Source: an uncultured Acidobacteriota bacterium (GTDB lineage: Bacteria > Acidobacteriota > HRBIN11). Taken from it: DNA of 40,517 bases. Every line of letters starts with the position of its first letter. The first letter of the stretch is position 1. Of the stretch, positions 1 through 13,792 are shown piece after piece. The stretch spans positions 1-40,517 of the forward strand of contig CAZIRO010000004.1 in NCBI GenBank assembly GCA_964541595.1, read 5' to 3'. Below the pieces are notes generated by a model. It was not told the origin of the DNA. It did not search any database and saw nothing but the letters and a program-made list of their open reading frames with translations. The translations under genes were made by a program, and so were the position numbers.

Positions 1-40
1 TCCGGTGCATCCCCTGTCCCATTGCCTGTCCCAATCGCGG
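1..40. mobile_element. Right end of a MITE-like element, truncated by the window start
   Basis: 15-40 TGTCCCATTGCCTGTCCCAATCGCGG is the reverse complement of the family TIR; 1-32 is identical to 39594-39625. Confidence 0.75.
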
Positions 41-172
41 GATCATCTTTCAGCTATTGCCGTCACAGCGTTTTCGTATATCGAATGGTGGGCGAGATCG
101 GTACGTTCGGAGACCCGTAATGAACCGCGCGAGCGAACCCCCTGTCCCCTCCCTCCGGTCGCCACAAAACGG

Positions 173-1114
173 CTATACCTCCAGCACGAGGCCCTCATGG
201 GCACCGACTGTGGCGGGAAAGATCTTGCGAGCGAGTTCAACCATACGATCGATCTGGTTGTCATCGTACTGTGGATCATAATGGTACAACACGAGTTGGC
301 GCACACCTGCCTGGCGGGCCACATCCGCAGCCATCTCACAGGTGCTGTGGCCGAACCCCTGGACCGGATAGACTTCACAGAGATAGTCATCCGGCAGGTA
401 CTGAGAATCGTGAATCAACACGTCCGCATTGCGGGCGAACTGGATCACCCGCCGGTCACCCCCCACATACCCCTCCGTGTCCGTAACATATACCACGGAC
501 CTGCCCTGATACTCCAGACGATACATATACACCCCGCCATCCGGATGCCCGAGGGAGTGGCCCACCCATACCTTGATCGGCGCTGTCTCATATAGATGTC
601 GTTCGCGATACACATTGTACACTTCCGGGTAGATCGACCCCTCCGGAAACACGATGACCTCGCTCGGTTTGACACTGCGTATGACCCGTACGGACTGGAG
701 ATCCTCCAGGTTCACGGGAAAATAGGGGGAGACCATCGCACGACGCAGCCCCTCCTCAAAGGGGTGTTCCAGCATCTTGGGACCGAACAGGAAACAGGTT
801 GTGCTCGGCAGAAAGATCGGTTTGAAAAACGGCAACCCCTGCGTGTGATCGTAATGGGTGTGACTGAAGAAAATGGTCAACACGATGGGTTCCCGTTGCA
901 GCGGCTCGCTGTGGGAGTTCACATGGTGGCGCAGCAACTCGTCACCGAGGGAAATGATGCCCGTACCGGCATCGAACACGATCCGGTAGTGCTCGATCTG
1001 GACTTCCACACACGACGTATTGCCTCCGTACCGTACGGTGCGCGGCCCGGGCACCGGGTGACTACCCCGTACACCGCGAAAACGTACGACCATATGTCGC
1101 TCCGCGCCTGCCAT
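173..1114 (-). CDS. MBL-fold metallo-hydrolase (RNase Z/phosphodiesterase-like)
   Basis: GVRGS...YGGNTSCVEV N-terminus, DAGTG, HTHYDH metal motif, TDTE, GHS. Confidence 0.85.
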   Translation of the reverse strand: MAGAERHMVVRFRGVRGSHPVPGPRTVRYGGNTSCVEVQIEHYRIVFDAGTGIISLGDELLRHHVNSHSEPLQREPIVLTIFFSHTHYDHTQGLPFFKPIFLPSTTCFLFGPKMLEHPFEEGLRRAMVSPYFPVNLEDLQSVRVIRSVKPSEVIVFPEGSIYPEVYNVYRERHLYETAPIKVWVGHSLGHPDGGVYMYRLEYQGRSVVYVTDTEGYVGGDRRVIQFARNADVLIHDSQYLPDDYLCEVYPVQGFGHSTCEMAADVARQAGVRQLVLYHYDPQYDDNQIDRMVELARKIFPATVGAHEGLVLEV

Positions 1115-1137
1115 CCATCCACTCCTTTATGCACATA

Positions 1138-1165
1138 ATCATATTGGTTTCCTATCCGTTGTCAA
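1138..1165 (-). promoter_or_regulatory. Predicted sigma70 promoter for the MBL hydrolase
   Basis: TTGACA-16 nt-TATGAT on the minus strand. Confidence 0.6.
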
Positions 1166-1176
1166 AATTTACGACT

Positions 1177-1266
1177 CTGGGATCGGGACAGGCGATGGGA
1201 CATGCGCACCACCGGATCCACCGGTATGCCGGTGGCCATCGGTCCTCCGGTCCCGGGTGTCGGGTC
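1177..1266. mobile_element. Partial MITE-like element (left TIR, arm and GGTNNCR heptamers; no clear right TIR)
   Basis: CTGGGATCGGGACAGGCGATGGGACATGCGCACCA closely matches 34150-34184. Confidence 0.65.
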
Positions 1267-1301
1267 ATCCATGCGCGCGCAGTGCACACGGTATCCGGGC
1301 C

Positions 1302-1310
1302 TGGTATAAT
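1302..1310 (+). promoter_or_regulatory. Extended -10 element upstream of hutU
   Basis: TGGTATAAT; the -35 is weak. Confidence 0.45.
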
Positions 1311-1418
1311 GAACATGGGCTTCCGTGCAACGCCGGGTGATCAGAACCCCGGTGCAACAATTTCTATCGTCCCCGGGGAATTCCATATATCCGCCCCGGG
1401 GCATCAGGAGATGCAACC

Positions 1419-3116
1419 ATGGTGGTTTCCGCATCTGAAACGGTCGCACTCCTCACCCGAAAACCCATTCGTGCACCCCGGGGATCGACCCTGCACTGTA
1501 AAGGTTGGCATCAGGAAGCCGCCCTGCGTATGTTGATAAACAACGTCGATCCCGAGGTGGCCGAAAAACCGGAAGAACTCATTGTCTACGGCGGTACCGG
1601 CAAAGCCGCCCGCAACTGGGCATGTTTTGAGCGGATCATCGCGTGTCTGCTGACGCTCGAAAACGATGAAACCCTGCTCGTCCAGTCCGGCAAACCCGTC
1701 GGTATCTTCCGTACCCATGAACGCGCACCCCGTGTGATCATTGCCAGTTCCCTGCTCGTTCCAAAATGGGCGACCTGGGAACACTTCTGGGAGCTGGAAG
1801 CAAAGGGCCTCATCATGTTCGGTCAGATGACTGCGGGCAGCTGGATCTACATCGGCACACAGGGGATTCTGCAGGGCACATTTGAAACACTGGCCGCCGT
1901 TGCCCGCACCCATTTTGATGGGACACTGCGGGGAAAACTCGTGTTGACCGCCGGCCTCGGCGGAATGGGCGGTGCGCAACCGCTCGCATGCACGATGAAC
2001 GGTGGAGTGATGATCGCGGTCGAAGTCGACCCGGACCGCATTCAACGGCGTATCGCCACCGGATATCTGGATCAATGGACGGACAATCTGGACACCGCCT
2101 TGCGCTGGGCCGAAGACGCCGTCCGGAAAAAAGTCCCCCTGTCTATCGGCCTGCTCGGCAATGCTGCGACGGTCTATCCGGAACTCGTCCGTCGGGGGAT
2201 CATTCCGGACGTGGTCACGGATCAGACCTCGGCGCACGATGCCCTGAACGGCTACGTGCCTGACCAGGTGGCGTACGAAGAAGCCCTTCGACTGCGCCAG
2301 ACGGATCCGGATCGATACGTGCAGATGGCCTATGACGCGATGGTGCGTCACTGCGCGGCAATGGTCGAAATGCATAAACGGGGTGCGGTCGTGTTTGATT
2401 ACGGAAACAACCTGCGTGGCCAGGCACTAAAAGCGGGATTCCGGGACGCCTTCGCATACCCCGGGTTCGTTCAGGCGTATATCCGTCCCATGTTTTGTGA
2501 GGGACGCGGACCGTTTCGCTGGGTTGCGCTTTCCGGTGATCCGGAAGACATCTACAAGACGGACCGGGCCGTGCTCGAGTTGTTCCCGGACGACCCCATC
2601 CTGCATCGATGGATCCCGCTGGCACAACAACGCGTTAAGTTCCAGGGACTCCCCGCGCGGATCTGCTGGCTCGGCTATGGTGAACGTGCGGAATTCGGAC
2701 TCCGCATAAACGAAATGGTACGAAAAGGCGAACTGCGTGCGCCGATCGTGATCGGTCGAGACCACCTGGACGGCGGATCGGTGGCATCACCAAATCGAGA
2801 AACCGAAGGGATGCGCGACGGATCGGACGCGATCGCCGACTGGCCAATCCTGAACGCACTGCTCAATGCCGTCTCCGGTGCATCCTGGGTGGCGGTCCAC
2901 CACGGCGGCGGCGTCGGCATCGGGTACTCCATTCACGCCGGAATGGTCGTCGTCGCCGACGGAACGGATGACGGCGCCTGGCGGGTGGAACACGTCCTGA
3001 CCACGGATCCCGGAACGGCGATCATGCGTCACGCGGATGCGGGATACCCGCGCGCCATTGAAGCCGCGCGTACGAAGGGCGTGCGTATACCCATGCTGGA
3101 CGCGGAAAACGAATGA
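1419..3116 (+). CDS. hutU: Urocanate hydratase
   Basis: [47 protein letters not shown]; AGGAG RBS. Confidence 0.97.
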   Translation: MVVSASETVALLTRKPIRAPRGSTLHCKGWHQEAALRMLINNVDPEVAEKPEELIVYGGTGKAARNWACFERIIACLLTLENDETLLVQSGKPVGIFRTHERAPRVIIASSLLVPKWATWEHFWELEAKGLIMFGQMTAGSWIYIGTQGILQGTFETLAAVARTHFDGTLRGKLVLTAGLGGMGGAQPLACTMNGGVMIAVEVDPDRIQRRIATGYLDQWTDNLDTALRWAEDAVRKKVPLSIGLLGNAATVYPELVRRGIIPDVVTDQTSAHDALNGYVPDQVAYEEALRLRQTDPDRYVQMAYDAMVRHCAAMVEMHKRGAVVFDYGNNLRGQALKAGFRDAFAYPGFVQAYIRPMFCEGRGPFRWVALSGDPEDIYKTDRAVLELFPDDPILHRWIPLAQQRVKFQGLPARICWLGYGERAEFGLRINEMVRKGELRAPIVIGRDHLDGGSVASPNRETEGMRDGSDAIADWPILNALLNAVSGASWVAVHHGGGVGIGYSIHAGMVVVADGTDDGAWRVEHVLTTDPGTAIMRHADAGYPRAIEAARTKGVRIPMLDAENE

Positions 3117-3124
3117 ACGCTCGC

Positions 3125-3153
3125 TTGCAATATGGGCTGTTCGAATATATGAT
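3125..3153 (+). promoter_or_regulatory. Predicted sigma70 promoter for gyrB
   Basis: TTGCAA-17 nt-TATGAT. Confidence 0.55.
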
Positions 3154-3189
3154 TACATGACGCAAGGGTGAAGATTCCACAACGTTTGA

Positions 3190-5775
<2,586 letters not shown>

Positions 5776-6183
5776 ACCTCCTGAACACGCCCGCCGAATA
5801 ATACTATTTTCATCTCTATACTCTAATATTATTGAATTTGCAAAACCCGCGACATTGACTTTCAGTTCTGTTGCGCAGCGTTTCCGTATGGAATAAAAAT
5901 TTCTTTTGTGGGCTGTGTCGGCAGGTATGCATTCACATCTGCGATGGTAGCGATCAGTCCGGGAAAATCGCACAAAATTTGCTGTAAGTTTTGTTGAATT
6001 GTTTCGCCTTTTTCGTCCAGTTTCTTTTCTATTCTTTCATCCATCCAATCTGTTTATTCACAGCATTTTCGTATCGAAATTCCCATCTATTGGCCCCGTA
6101 CACCATACGAACTTGCAGTAAATGCGCGGCCTCGATCCACGCATATGGGCGGCGAATATTGAATGGTTTTTGCCTTTGAATTC

Positions 6184-8850
6184 TTAAAGTATCTGTTGCA
6201 AAAATCTTCCCGTACGGCTTTTCGGATGACGTGCGATGACCTCCGGCGGACCGCTGACGACAACACTCCCCCCGAAGCGTCCCGGTCCCGGACCGAGGTC
6301 GATGACGTAATCCGCGTTTCGGATGACATCCAGGTGATGCTCGATGACGATGACGGTATCTCCCCGGCGCACAAGTCGGTCGAGGACCCGCAGCAGATGC
6401 TGGATGTCTTCCGGATGGAGTCCCGTCGTTGGTTCGTCCAGCAGGTAGAGCGTGTCGCCGCCGGAGCGCCGGGCGAGTTCACGGACGAGTTTGAGCCGTT
6501 GTGATTCACCTCCGGAGAGCGTGTGACTGGGCTGCCCCAGACGGAGATACCCCAGCGCCAGATCGCAGAGATACTGCAATTTCCGGGTGATCGAGGGAAA
6601 CGGCGCAAAAAATGCCAGTGCCTCCTGCGCGGTCATTTCGAGCACGTCCGCGATCGTGCGCCCGCGCCAGGTCACCTTCAGCGTATCCGGATTGTACCGG
6701 CGCCCTCCGCAGGTTTCACACAGCAGGTAAGTATCCGGCATGAAATGCATCTGGATACGCTGATACCCCATTCCCCGGCAGGCGGGACACTGCCCGCTTG
6801 TCACATTGAAACTGAATCTGCCGGGACCGTATCCCCAGACGCGTGCGGTGGGCTGGCTTGCGAATACACGGCGGATATCGTCCATCACACCGATGTAGGT
6901 TGTCGGAGTGGATCGCGGGGTACGTCCGATCGGACTCGCATCCACGACGACAACTCGACGGAAGTGATGGGCCCCTTCGATGGCCTCGCAGCGTTCGGGC
7001 TGTGCATGGGGATTCCGGAGCCACCGATGGAGTTCGGTATACAGCACATCGAACACGAGGGTGGACTTTCCCGACCCCGAGACTCCGGTGACCGCAATCA
7101 GCCGGCCCACGGGGAAGCGGATGTCCACACCCCGGATGTTATGACAGCGGATGTTGCGGACGGTGACCCAGGGGACCCGATCCAGGGGCAACCCGGAGCG
7201 CTGCGGAATGACTTTTTCTTTCCGGAGATACCGGGCGGTCAGGGTGGTCGATTTCTGTATGAACGTGTCAGCGGGCGCAGCGGCCAGCAGGTGACCGCCC
7301 CGTTCGCCGGCGCCGGGACCGAGGTCGACGATGAAATCCGCCGCACGGATGGTCATCTCATCGTGCTCAACGACGATGACGGTATTTCCCCGGTCGCGCA
7401 ACTGTCGGAGTACACGGATCATCCGTGCCGTATCTTCCGGATGGAGTCCCACCGTAGGTTCGTCCAGCACGTAGAGTACCCCCCGCAGGTCCTGTGCCGT
7501 CTGGGCAGCCAACCGTACGCGTTGCAGTTCTCCCGTAGAGAGTGTCGCCGTCCACCGGTCCAGGGTCAGGTAACCGAGGCCGACGTCAATGAGATGCGCC
7601 AGTCGCTGCAGAATGGGGGGAAGAATCCGTTGCGCAACAGCGCCCGCCATACCCGTAAAGGTCTGCTGACGCAGCCAGTCGTAAAGATCCTGAATCTCCA
7701 TCCGGCAGAGATCGGTGATCGACTTTCCGTGCACGTAGACGTAACGCGCTTCATCCCGAAGACGCGTGCCCGCACATGCGGGACAGGTCACCGTACGGTC
7801 TTTCCAGTTCAGTCGTTCGTCTTCTGTATTCCATTCCCGCCAGACTGCCCAGCGTATGGACGCGTCCAGCTGATCGATCGACCGGGGGTACTGTCGCCAG
7901 CGCCGTGCGATCGAAGGATGGACCTGACCCATACCTTCACACACCATACATGCGCCCTGCGGGCTGTTAAACGCAAACAGCAACGGATCCATTTCCGGCA
8001 GGGTGCGATCACACCGGGGACAGCGGCACGCGGTGGAGAGCAACGCGGATTCCATGGTTTCCCAATGGATCACCCGCGCGAATCCCCGGGTCATCTCAAC
8101 CGCTGTCTGAAGCGCCTGCAGGATGCGATTCCGACGTTCCGGCTGCACGATCACCCGGTCGATGACGATATCGATCGTATGGTGACGGGTTCGCGCAAGC
8201 CGGGGAGGCGAGTCCAGACGCACCCATGTACCGTCGATACACGCCCACGTATAGCCCCGACGGCGTGCCTGTTCGAGTTCCCGACGGTAGGCCCCCTTGC
8301 GATGGCGCACGATCGGGGCCGCAATGGCCACCGGCGCACCGGCCCAACGGTGCATGACCATCGTGGCCATATCGGGCACCGTTTGCGGCTGGACCTCGAC
8401 CCGGCAATCGGGACATACCATGGTCCCCGCATGGGTGAACAACAGGCGGAGATAATCGTAGATCTCGGTAACCGTCCCCACAGTGGAACGCGGATGCGCG
8501 GTCGCACGTCTCTGTTCGATGGCAATTGCGGGCTGCAGCCCGATGATCCGCTCAACCGCGGGTTTTTCCATCTGGCGAATGAACTGACGGGCGTATGTGG
8601 ACAGGGTTTCCAGGAATCGCCGTTGTCCTTCCGCATATACGGTTTCAAATGCGAGAGAAGACTTCCCCGAACCGCTGACGCCGGTCACCACCGTCAGGCT
8701 GTATTTCGGAATCGCCAGATCGAAACCTTTCAGGTTATGATGCCGGACTCCCTGCACATAGATGACCCGCGTATCGGGCGGCGTCCCCTCGGTTCTCACC
8801 ATGTCATCGAGCAGGACCACCGCACGCGCGATTTCATGCTTCCGGCTCAT
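6184..8850 (-). CDS. uvrA: Excinuclease ABC subunit A
   Basis: Two ABC NBDs (GVSGSGKS twice, DEPT twice), zinc-finger CxxC pairs, SPIGRTPRSTP. Confidence 0.92.
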   Translation of the reverse strand: MSRKHEIARAVVLLDDMVRTEGTPPDTRVIYVQGVRHHNLKGFDLAIPKYSLTVVTGVSGSGKSSLAFETVYAEGQRRFLETLSTYARQFIRQMEKPAVERIIGLQPAIAIEQRRATAHPRSTVGTVTEIYDYLRLLFTHAGTMVCPDCRVEVQPQTVPDMATMVMHRWAGAPVAIAAPIVRHRKGAYRRELEQARRRGYTWACIDGTWVRLDSPPRLARTRHHTIDIVIDRVIVQPERRNRILQALQTAVEMTRGFARVIHWETMESALLSTACRCPRCDRTLPEMDPLLFAFNSPQGACMVCEGMGQVHPSIARRWRQYPRSIDQLDASIRWAVWREWNTEDERLNWKDRTVTCPACAGTRLRDEARYVYVHGKSITDLCRMEIQDLYDWLRQQTFTGMAGAVAQRILPPILQRLAHLIDVGLGYLTLDRWTATLSTGELQRVRLAAQTAQDLRGVLYVLDEPTVGLHPEDTARMIRVLRQLRDRGNTVIVVEHDEMTIRAADFIVDLGPGAGERGGHLLAAAPADTFIQKSTTLTARYLRKEKVIPQRSGLPLDRVPWVTVRNIRCHNIRGVDIRFPVGRLIAVTGVSGSGKSTLVFDVLYTELHRWLRNPHAQPERCEAIEGAHHFRRVVVVDASPIGRTPRSTPTTYIGVMDDIRRVFASQPTARVWGYGPGRFSFNVTSGQCPACRGMGYQRIQMHFMPDTYLLCETCGGRRYNPDTLKVTWRGRTIADVLEMTAQEALAFFAPFPSITRKLQYLCDLALGYLRLGQPSHTLSGGESQRLKLVRELARRSGGDTLYLLDEPTTGLHPEDIQHLLRVLDRLVRRGDTVIVIEHHLDVIRNADYVIDLGPGPGRFGGSVVVSGPPEVIARHPKSRTGRFLQQIL

Positions 8851-10189
8851 GCGTCTTCACATGTAACGTGATATCGAACGCGATACGGATCTCAAACCCG
8901 GACGGCGTCGGGGTGACCTCAATCTGCACCGGGCGCACTTCGGGGTGCAGCGTCCACTGTTGAATGGTGATCGACGCCCGTTCGGGCACTTCGGGCTGTT
9001 CCACATCGGGCGGATGTTCCGGCGCGGCCTCCGGTGCACCCGGCGCGGATTCGGCAACGGCTTCAGCGGGTTCAACCCCGGTGGGAGCTTCCGACTCCGG
9101 CATCAACGCCGTCGTCACCAGGGATTCCGGCGAAGCTTCCAGTTCCATCGTCAGGTCCTCGACCAGTTCTTCGGGCACCGCCCGTTCCGGGGATTGCAGG
9201 AGCGTCTGCTCCAGGTGGGCAATGGTCGGTTCGGCGGGCCGTTCCTGCGTTTCGGAGACGTCGCGTTCGACATCCAGTGCTGCGGTCTCCGCCGGTTCCG
9301 AAGGCGTTGCGGACGCCTCGGCGGGGACGGTTGCCTCCGTATCAACCACGATCTCTTCCACAGGTTCCAGTTCCTCCATGATGTCATCCAGGCTTTCGAA
9401 GGTCATTTCTTCCTCCGCCGAAACTGTCTCTCCCGGAGCAGCCACCGATTCCAGCGCTGCACCCGCCGTCGCGACCGCGTCAACGGCCGGTTCGGCGGGG
9501 ACTTCCACACCGCCCTCGGGAGGACCGGCGACCTGGGCAACGGCCGGTTCGGGCGTCGCAACTTCCTGCGGTGAGGCTTCACCGGCAGACGTCGATGCGG
9601 TTACCATGCGGGACTGAACCGTCTGCAACGTCTGTTTGATGATCTCCCGCAGCGTCTCCATGACGCCGACACCCTCGGTGGCAATCGCCTCAAAATACGG
9701 CACATTTCGTTCATTGAGACGCTCGTTCAGCACTTCCACCGGCAGAATGTTTTTGAGATCCCGTTTGTTGTACTGGATCACCAGGGGAATGGTCCAGAAG
9801 TCCAGACCGTTATGTGCGAGGTTTTCCTTCATGTTCTCCCAACTTTCGATATTCGCCTCGAGCATTTCTTTCTGCGAATCGGCCACAAATACCACACCGT
9901 CGGCGCCCCGCAAGACCAGTCGCCGGGTGGCATCATAAAATACCTGACCGGGAACGGTGTATAACTGCACGCGAATTTTCCATCCCTGGATCGAACCGAG
10001 TTCGATCGGCAGAAAATCGAAGAATAGCGTTCGATCGGCGTCCGTCGCAAGAGAGAGCATCTTGCCCTTTTTATCCTCCGGAATGTGCTGATAGATAAAC
10101 TGGAGATTCGTCGTCTTTCCACAGAGGGCGGGGCCGTAATAGACGATCTTCAGGATCATTTCGTGTGATGCATAATTGAACACCGGCAT
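8834..10189 (-). CDS. mglA: MglA-family small GTPase with a long acidic low-complexity C-terminal extension
   Basis: KIVYYGPALCGKTTNL, RTLFFDF, LYTVPGQVFY, NKRD; start ATG 10189 with GGAG RBS. Confidence 0.85.
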   Translation of the reverse strand: MPVFNYASHEMILKIVYYGPALCGKTTNLQFIYQHIPEDKKGKMLSLATDADRTLFFDFLPIELGSIQGWKIRVQLYTVPGQVFYDATRRLVLRGADGVVFVADSQKEMLEANIESWENMKENLAHNGLDFWTIPLVIQYNKRDLKNILPVEVLNERLNERNVPYFEAIATEGVGVMETLREIIKQTLQTVQSRMVTASTSAGEASPQEVATPEPAVAQVAGPPEGGVEVPAEPAVDAVATAGAALESVAAPGETVSAEEEMTFESLDDIMEELEPVEEIVVDTEATVPAEASATPSEPAETAALDVERDVSETQERPAEPTIAHLEQTLLQSPERAVPEELVEDLTMELEASPESLVTTALMPESEAPTGVEPAEAVAESAPGAPEAAPEHPPDVEQPEVPERASITIQQWTLHPEVRPVQIEVTPTPSGFEIRIAFDITLHVKTHEPEA

Positions 10190-10211
10190 GCATTCGTTCT
10201 CCACAACGGTG

Positions 10212-11549
10212 TTAATGGAGCACCGCGACTCGCCGGGCCTGCTGTGGATTTGCGACGACCAGGCGAATCGGTGTTCCTGTGAAGGGATACTGTTTGCGGA
10301 TCCATTTTTCGATCCGCAACAGATGATCGGACCGGATACGTCCCGCGCGGCTGACGAAGAGCGCAAACGTGGGTGGACGCACGGCCACCTGGGTAATGTA
10401 TTTCAACCGCACCGGACGTCCCCGAACCGTGGCCACCACACGGTGTGCGGCCACATCGAAGTATCGATTCAGTACACCGGTCCGGATCCGGAAATTGTAG
10501 TGCTCCCACACCCGGACCGTCGTATGAATGAGTTGCTCAATTCCCATGCCGGTACGGGCCGAGATCCACACGATCGGGGCATATGCGACAAACTTGAATG
10601 AGAGGCGGACAGTGTCCTGTACCGTCGGATAACTCGCGGGAGGAATCCGATCCATCTTGTTCAGGACGATGACCAGCGCCTTACCCGCCCGCTGCGCCCA
10701 ACCGGCGAGCTGTCGATCACGCCGTGCAATCGGCAGCGTCGCATCCAGAACCAGCCAGACTACGTCCGCACGCTCGAGCGCACGCCGCATCAGGATCAGA
10801 CTGACCTTTTCCGGCCAATCGCGCGCGCGGGATCGCTTCTTATGACCGGCCGTGTCCAGCAGCACCCAGTGAATGTCTCCGTACCGCCATTCCACGTCGA
10901 TCACATCCCGGGTCGTCCCCGGAATCGGGCTGACGATCACCCGTTCATGCCCGAGCAGACGATTGATGAGGGAAGATTTGCCCACATTCGGCCGACCGAC
11001 GACGGCAATGCGGGGCACCGTTTCGTCCGGAGACGCCTGCTCAACCGGAACACTCGGCCAGGTGCGGGTCAGTGCGTCCAGCATATCGCCCAGTCCGAAA
11101 CCGGTTTCCGCACTGATCGGCCATACGGCATCGGCCCCCAGTGCGTAAAACTCACTCGCCCACTCCTGAAGCCGCGGTACATCGATCTTGTTGGCGAGTA
11201 TCCAGACGGGTTTCCCCTGCAACCGCAACCAGTGCATGAGATCTACATCTACGGGGGTCAACCCCGTCCGGGCGTCCACCATCATCCAGACCACCGTGCT
11301 CTCCGCAATCGCCATTGCGCACTGGCGCTGGATCTCTGCGGCGAACAACTCCGTTTCGTGGGCAAAGAGCCCCCCCGTATCAAACAACCGATATGCCATT
11401 CCATTCCAGATGAACCGTCCTTCACGACGGTCCCGGGTCGTCCCCCCGATCGGGGTGACAATCGCCTGACGGCGTCCCGTCAGGCGGTTAAACAGGGTCG
11501 ACTTCCCCACGTTCGGACGTCCGATCAGCGTGATCGTGTGCAGTGTCAT
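10212..11549 (-). CDS. der: Ribosome biogenesis GTPase Der (EngA)
   Basis: Two GRPNVGKS G-domains, TTRD, DTGG/DTAG, C-terminal KH-like domain. Confidence 0.95.
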   Translation of the reverse strand: MTLHTITLIGRPNVGKSTLFNRLTGRRQAIVTPIGGTTRDRREGRFIWNGMAYRLFDTGGLFAHETELFAAEIQRQCAMAIAESTVVWMMVDARTGLTPVDVDLMHWLRLQGKPVWILANKIDVPRLQEWASEFYALGADAVWPISAETGFGLGDMLDALTRTWPSVPVEQASPDETVPRIAVVGRPNVGKSSLINRLLGHERVIVSPIPGTTRDVIDVEWRYGDIHWVLLDTAGHKKRSRARDWPEKVSLILMRRALERADVVWLVLDATLPIARRDRQLAGWAQRAGKALVIVLNKMDRIPPASYPTVQDTVRLSFKFVAYAPIVWISARTGMGIEQLIHTTVRVWEHYNFRIRTGVLNRYFDVAAHRVVATVRGRPVRLKYITQVAVRPPTFALFVSRAGRIRSDHLLRIEKWIRKQYPFTGTPIRLVVANPQQARRVAVLH

Positions 11550-12577
11550 GATCGATTCGCGGATTCGGATGAAGAACCAGGTTGCGGTCCTTCATACTTG
11601 CCGAAGATCATTTTTCCCATGGACGTTTGTAACACACTGGTCACCGTGATCTCAATATTCTTTCCGATCATCTTCCGTGCGTTGTCCACCACGACCATGG
11701 TGCCGTCTTCCAGATATGCCACGCCCTGATTGTACTCTTTCCCTTCCTTCAGGATGTACACACTCATCGTCTCTCCGGGGAGCACGACGGGTTTCAATGC
11801 TGTCGCAAGCTCATTGATATTGAGCACACGAACGTTGTGGATCTGCGCAACTTTATTTAAGTTATAATCATTGGTGATGATCTTTCCACCGATCTGTTTT
11901 GCCAGTTCGATCAGTTTGAGGTCGACCTCCTTGACGTCGGGGTAATCCACCTCCATGATGGCGACTTCCACGCTACCTTTTTTCTGCATCTTCTGCAGGA
12001 TCTCCAGTCCCCGGCGTCCCCGGTTGCGTCGAATCGGGTCGGGTGAATCGGCGATGTATTGCAATTCCCGGAGGATGAACCGTGGGACGACGAGTGTACC
12101 CTCAATAAACCCCGTCTCGACGAGATCGAGAATACGGCCGTCAATGATCACACTGGTGTCCAGAATCTTGTAATTCTTTCCCATATGATACGAACGCACC
12201 AGCTCGATCACCCGCATGGGGTGAAACCAGTTCGGGTAGTGATATCCCATTACCAGCCCGATGAACGTGATCATCAAAAACAGGAACGAACCCACATACG
12301 TCTTAACGGCGGGTGTCATGGGCAACACCGCCATGGGAACGGCCACCAGTCCGGTCACCACCAGCGAAGTCAAAAATCCGAATGCCATCCCGACGCGTTT
12401 CTGTTCCCCTGCGCGTCGGATTGCATACAGCAACGACTCGGCAATGATAATCATTCCAATCCCGGCCGCTGTGGCCGCCCATAGAGGCCACTCCGAACCC
12501 TTCCATGTCCGAAACGTACCAAAACCGATCATGAAAAGACCGATCCAGAATAATAAACGCACCCATCCAAGAATCAT
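11546..12577 (-). CDS. Membrane-anchored PIN/TRAM domain protein (YacL family)
   Basis: N-terminal TM helices, [41 protein letters not shown]; start 12577 with GAGG RBS. Confidence 0.9.
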   Translation of the reverse strand: MILGWVRLLFWIGLFMIGFGTFRTWKGSEWPLWAATAAGIGMIIIAESLLYAIRRAGEQKRVGMAFGFLTSLVVTGLVAVPMAVLPMTPAVKTYVGSFLFLMITFIGLVMGYHYPNWFHPMRVIELVRSYHMGKNYKILDTSVIIDGRILDLVETGFIEGTLVVPRFILRELQYIADSPDPIRRNRGRRGLEILQKMQKKGSVEVAIMEVDYPDVKEVDLKLIELAKQIGGKIITNDYNLNKVAQIHNVRVLNINELATALKPVVLPGETMSVYILKEGKEYNQGVAYLEDGTMVVVDNARKMIGKNIEITVTSVLQTSMGKMIFGKYEGPQPGSSSESANRS

Positions 12578-12793
12578 CGTTCCACCTCGATCACAGAGTC
12601 TATCCGCTTCGCACGACCACCAGCCCAGAAGATCGACCGGTTTGTCAAATAACTCGTTACCGTCGTCCACAGCCCGCCCGGCCAGATCGTTTTGTACACA
12701 GCATACGTTCTGCTGTATTATATTTTAGGACTTCCGTCTGATAGTACAACCGGACGGAGCGCAGCATTCGAGAACCGCACACGGGGGAGTATC

Positions 12794-13792
12794 GTGAGCA
12801 CGCGCATTTTATCTCGCTCGGAAATCGAACGTCTTGTGGATCCGGACGAAATTCTCGTGGCGGTGGAACAGGCGTTTCGGGCTCACGGAATGCAACAGAC
12901 CCAGATGCCGCCCAAGAGTTACCTGTTTTACCCCAAGTATGAGGGCGATCTGCGCACGATGCCCGCGTATATTGAACCCATGGAAGCAACCGGGGTGAAA
13001 ATCGTCAATGTCCATCTGCGCAATCATGACCGCAATTTACCCACGGTCATGGCACTGCTGATCCTGATCGATCCGGCGACGGGGTATCCCGTCGCCGTGA
13101 TGGACGGCACCTGGCTGACCGCGCTGCGCACGGGCGCAGCGGGAGCAATCGCTGTCAAGTACCTGGCCCGTGCCGACAGCCGGCGGGTTGGTTTTGTCGG
13201 GTGCGGCGTACAGGCGCGGACGCAACTGATGATGATCCTGCGTGTGGTGTCCCTGGAAGAGGTCGTTGCCGTAGACATCGATCCCGCGCAACGCGATCGG
13301 TTCTGCCGGTACGTCCGGGATCGGTTCAGGCTCGAGATCGTGGGAGAGAATCGTATGGAAGACGTCTACACGTGTGACATCATCGTGACGACCACGCCAT
13401 CCCGAAAGCCTCTGCTGCATGGTGACGCGATCCGACCGGGGACGCATATCAACGCCATCGGTGCGGACGCACCCGGCAAGCAGGAACTCGATCCGAACAT
13501 CCTGCTCCGGGCCGTGATCGTGGTCGATTCCTGGGAACAGGCCGCGCACAGCGGTGAGATCAACGTCCCCGTCGATGAGGGACTGATCCGGCGCGAGCAC
13601 ATTTACGCCGAACTCGGGTAGATCGTCGCGGGGCTTAAAGCGGGACGCACGTCCGAAGACCAGATCACGGTGTTCGATTCCACGGGACTGGCCATTCAGG
13701 ATATGGCTGCCGCTCACGTGGTGTGGACAAAAGCCAAACGGACGGATATCGGCCGCGTCATGGACATCCTGGAAGTGGGGGCTCCGGAATGA
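12794..13792 (+). pseudogene. Alanine dehydrogenase / ornithine cyclodeaminase (mu-crystallin family) interrupted by an in-frame TAG at 13619-13621
   Basis: LTALRTGAAG, GCGVQA, HINAIGAD; the frame continues past the TAG as IVAGLKAGRTSEDQITVFDSTGLAIQD to TGA 13790-13792; GTG start with GGGAG RBS. Confidence 0.8.

Noticed and set aside
5776-6183. oriC
   Set aside because: AT-rich, but only one DnaA-box match seen and no adjacent dnaA
6523-8871. 782-aa plus-strand ORF, and similar long antisense ORFs over hutU, gyrB, thiolase, purB and kdsD
   Set aside because: Shadow ORFs antisense to well-supported genes in GC-rich DNA, with no recognisable motifs
13619-13621. Genome-wide TAG reassignment
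   Set aside because: rpmI, the AmiS-like gene and the usp gene end at TAG at their expected lengths
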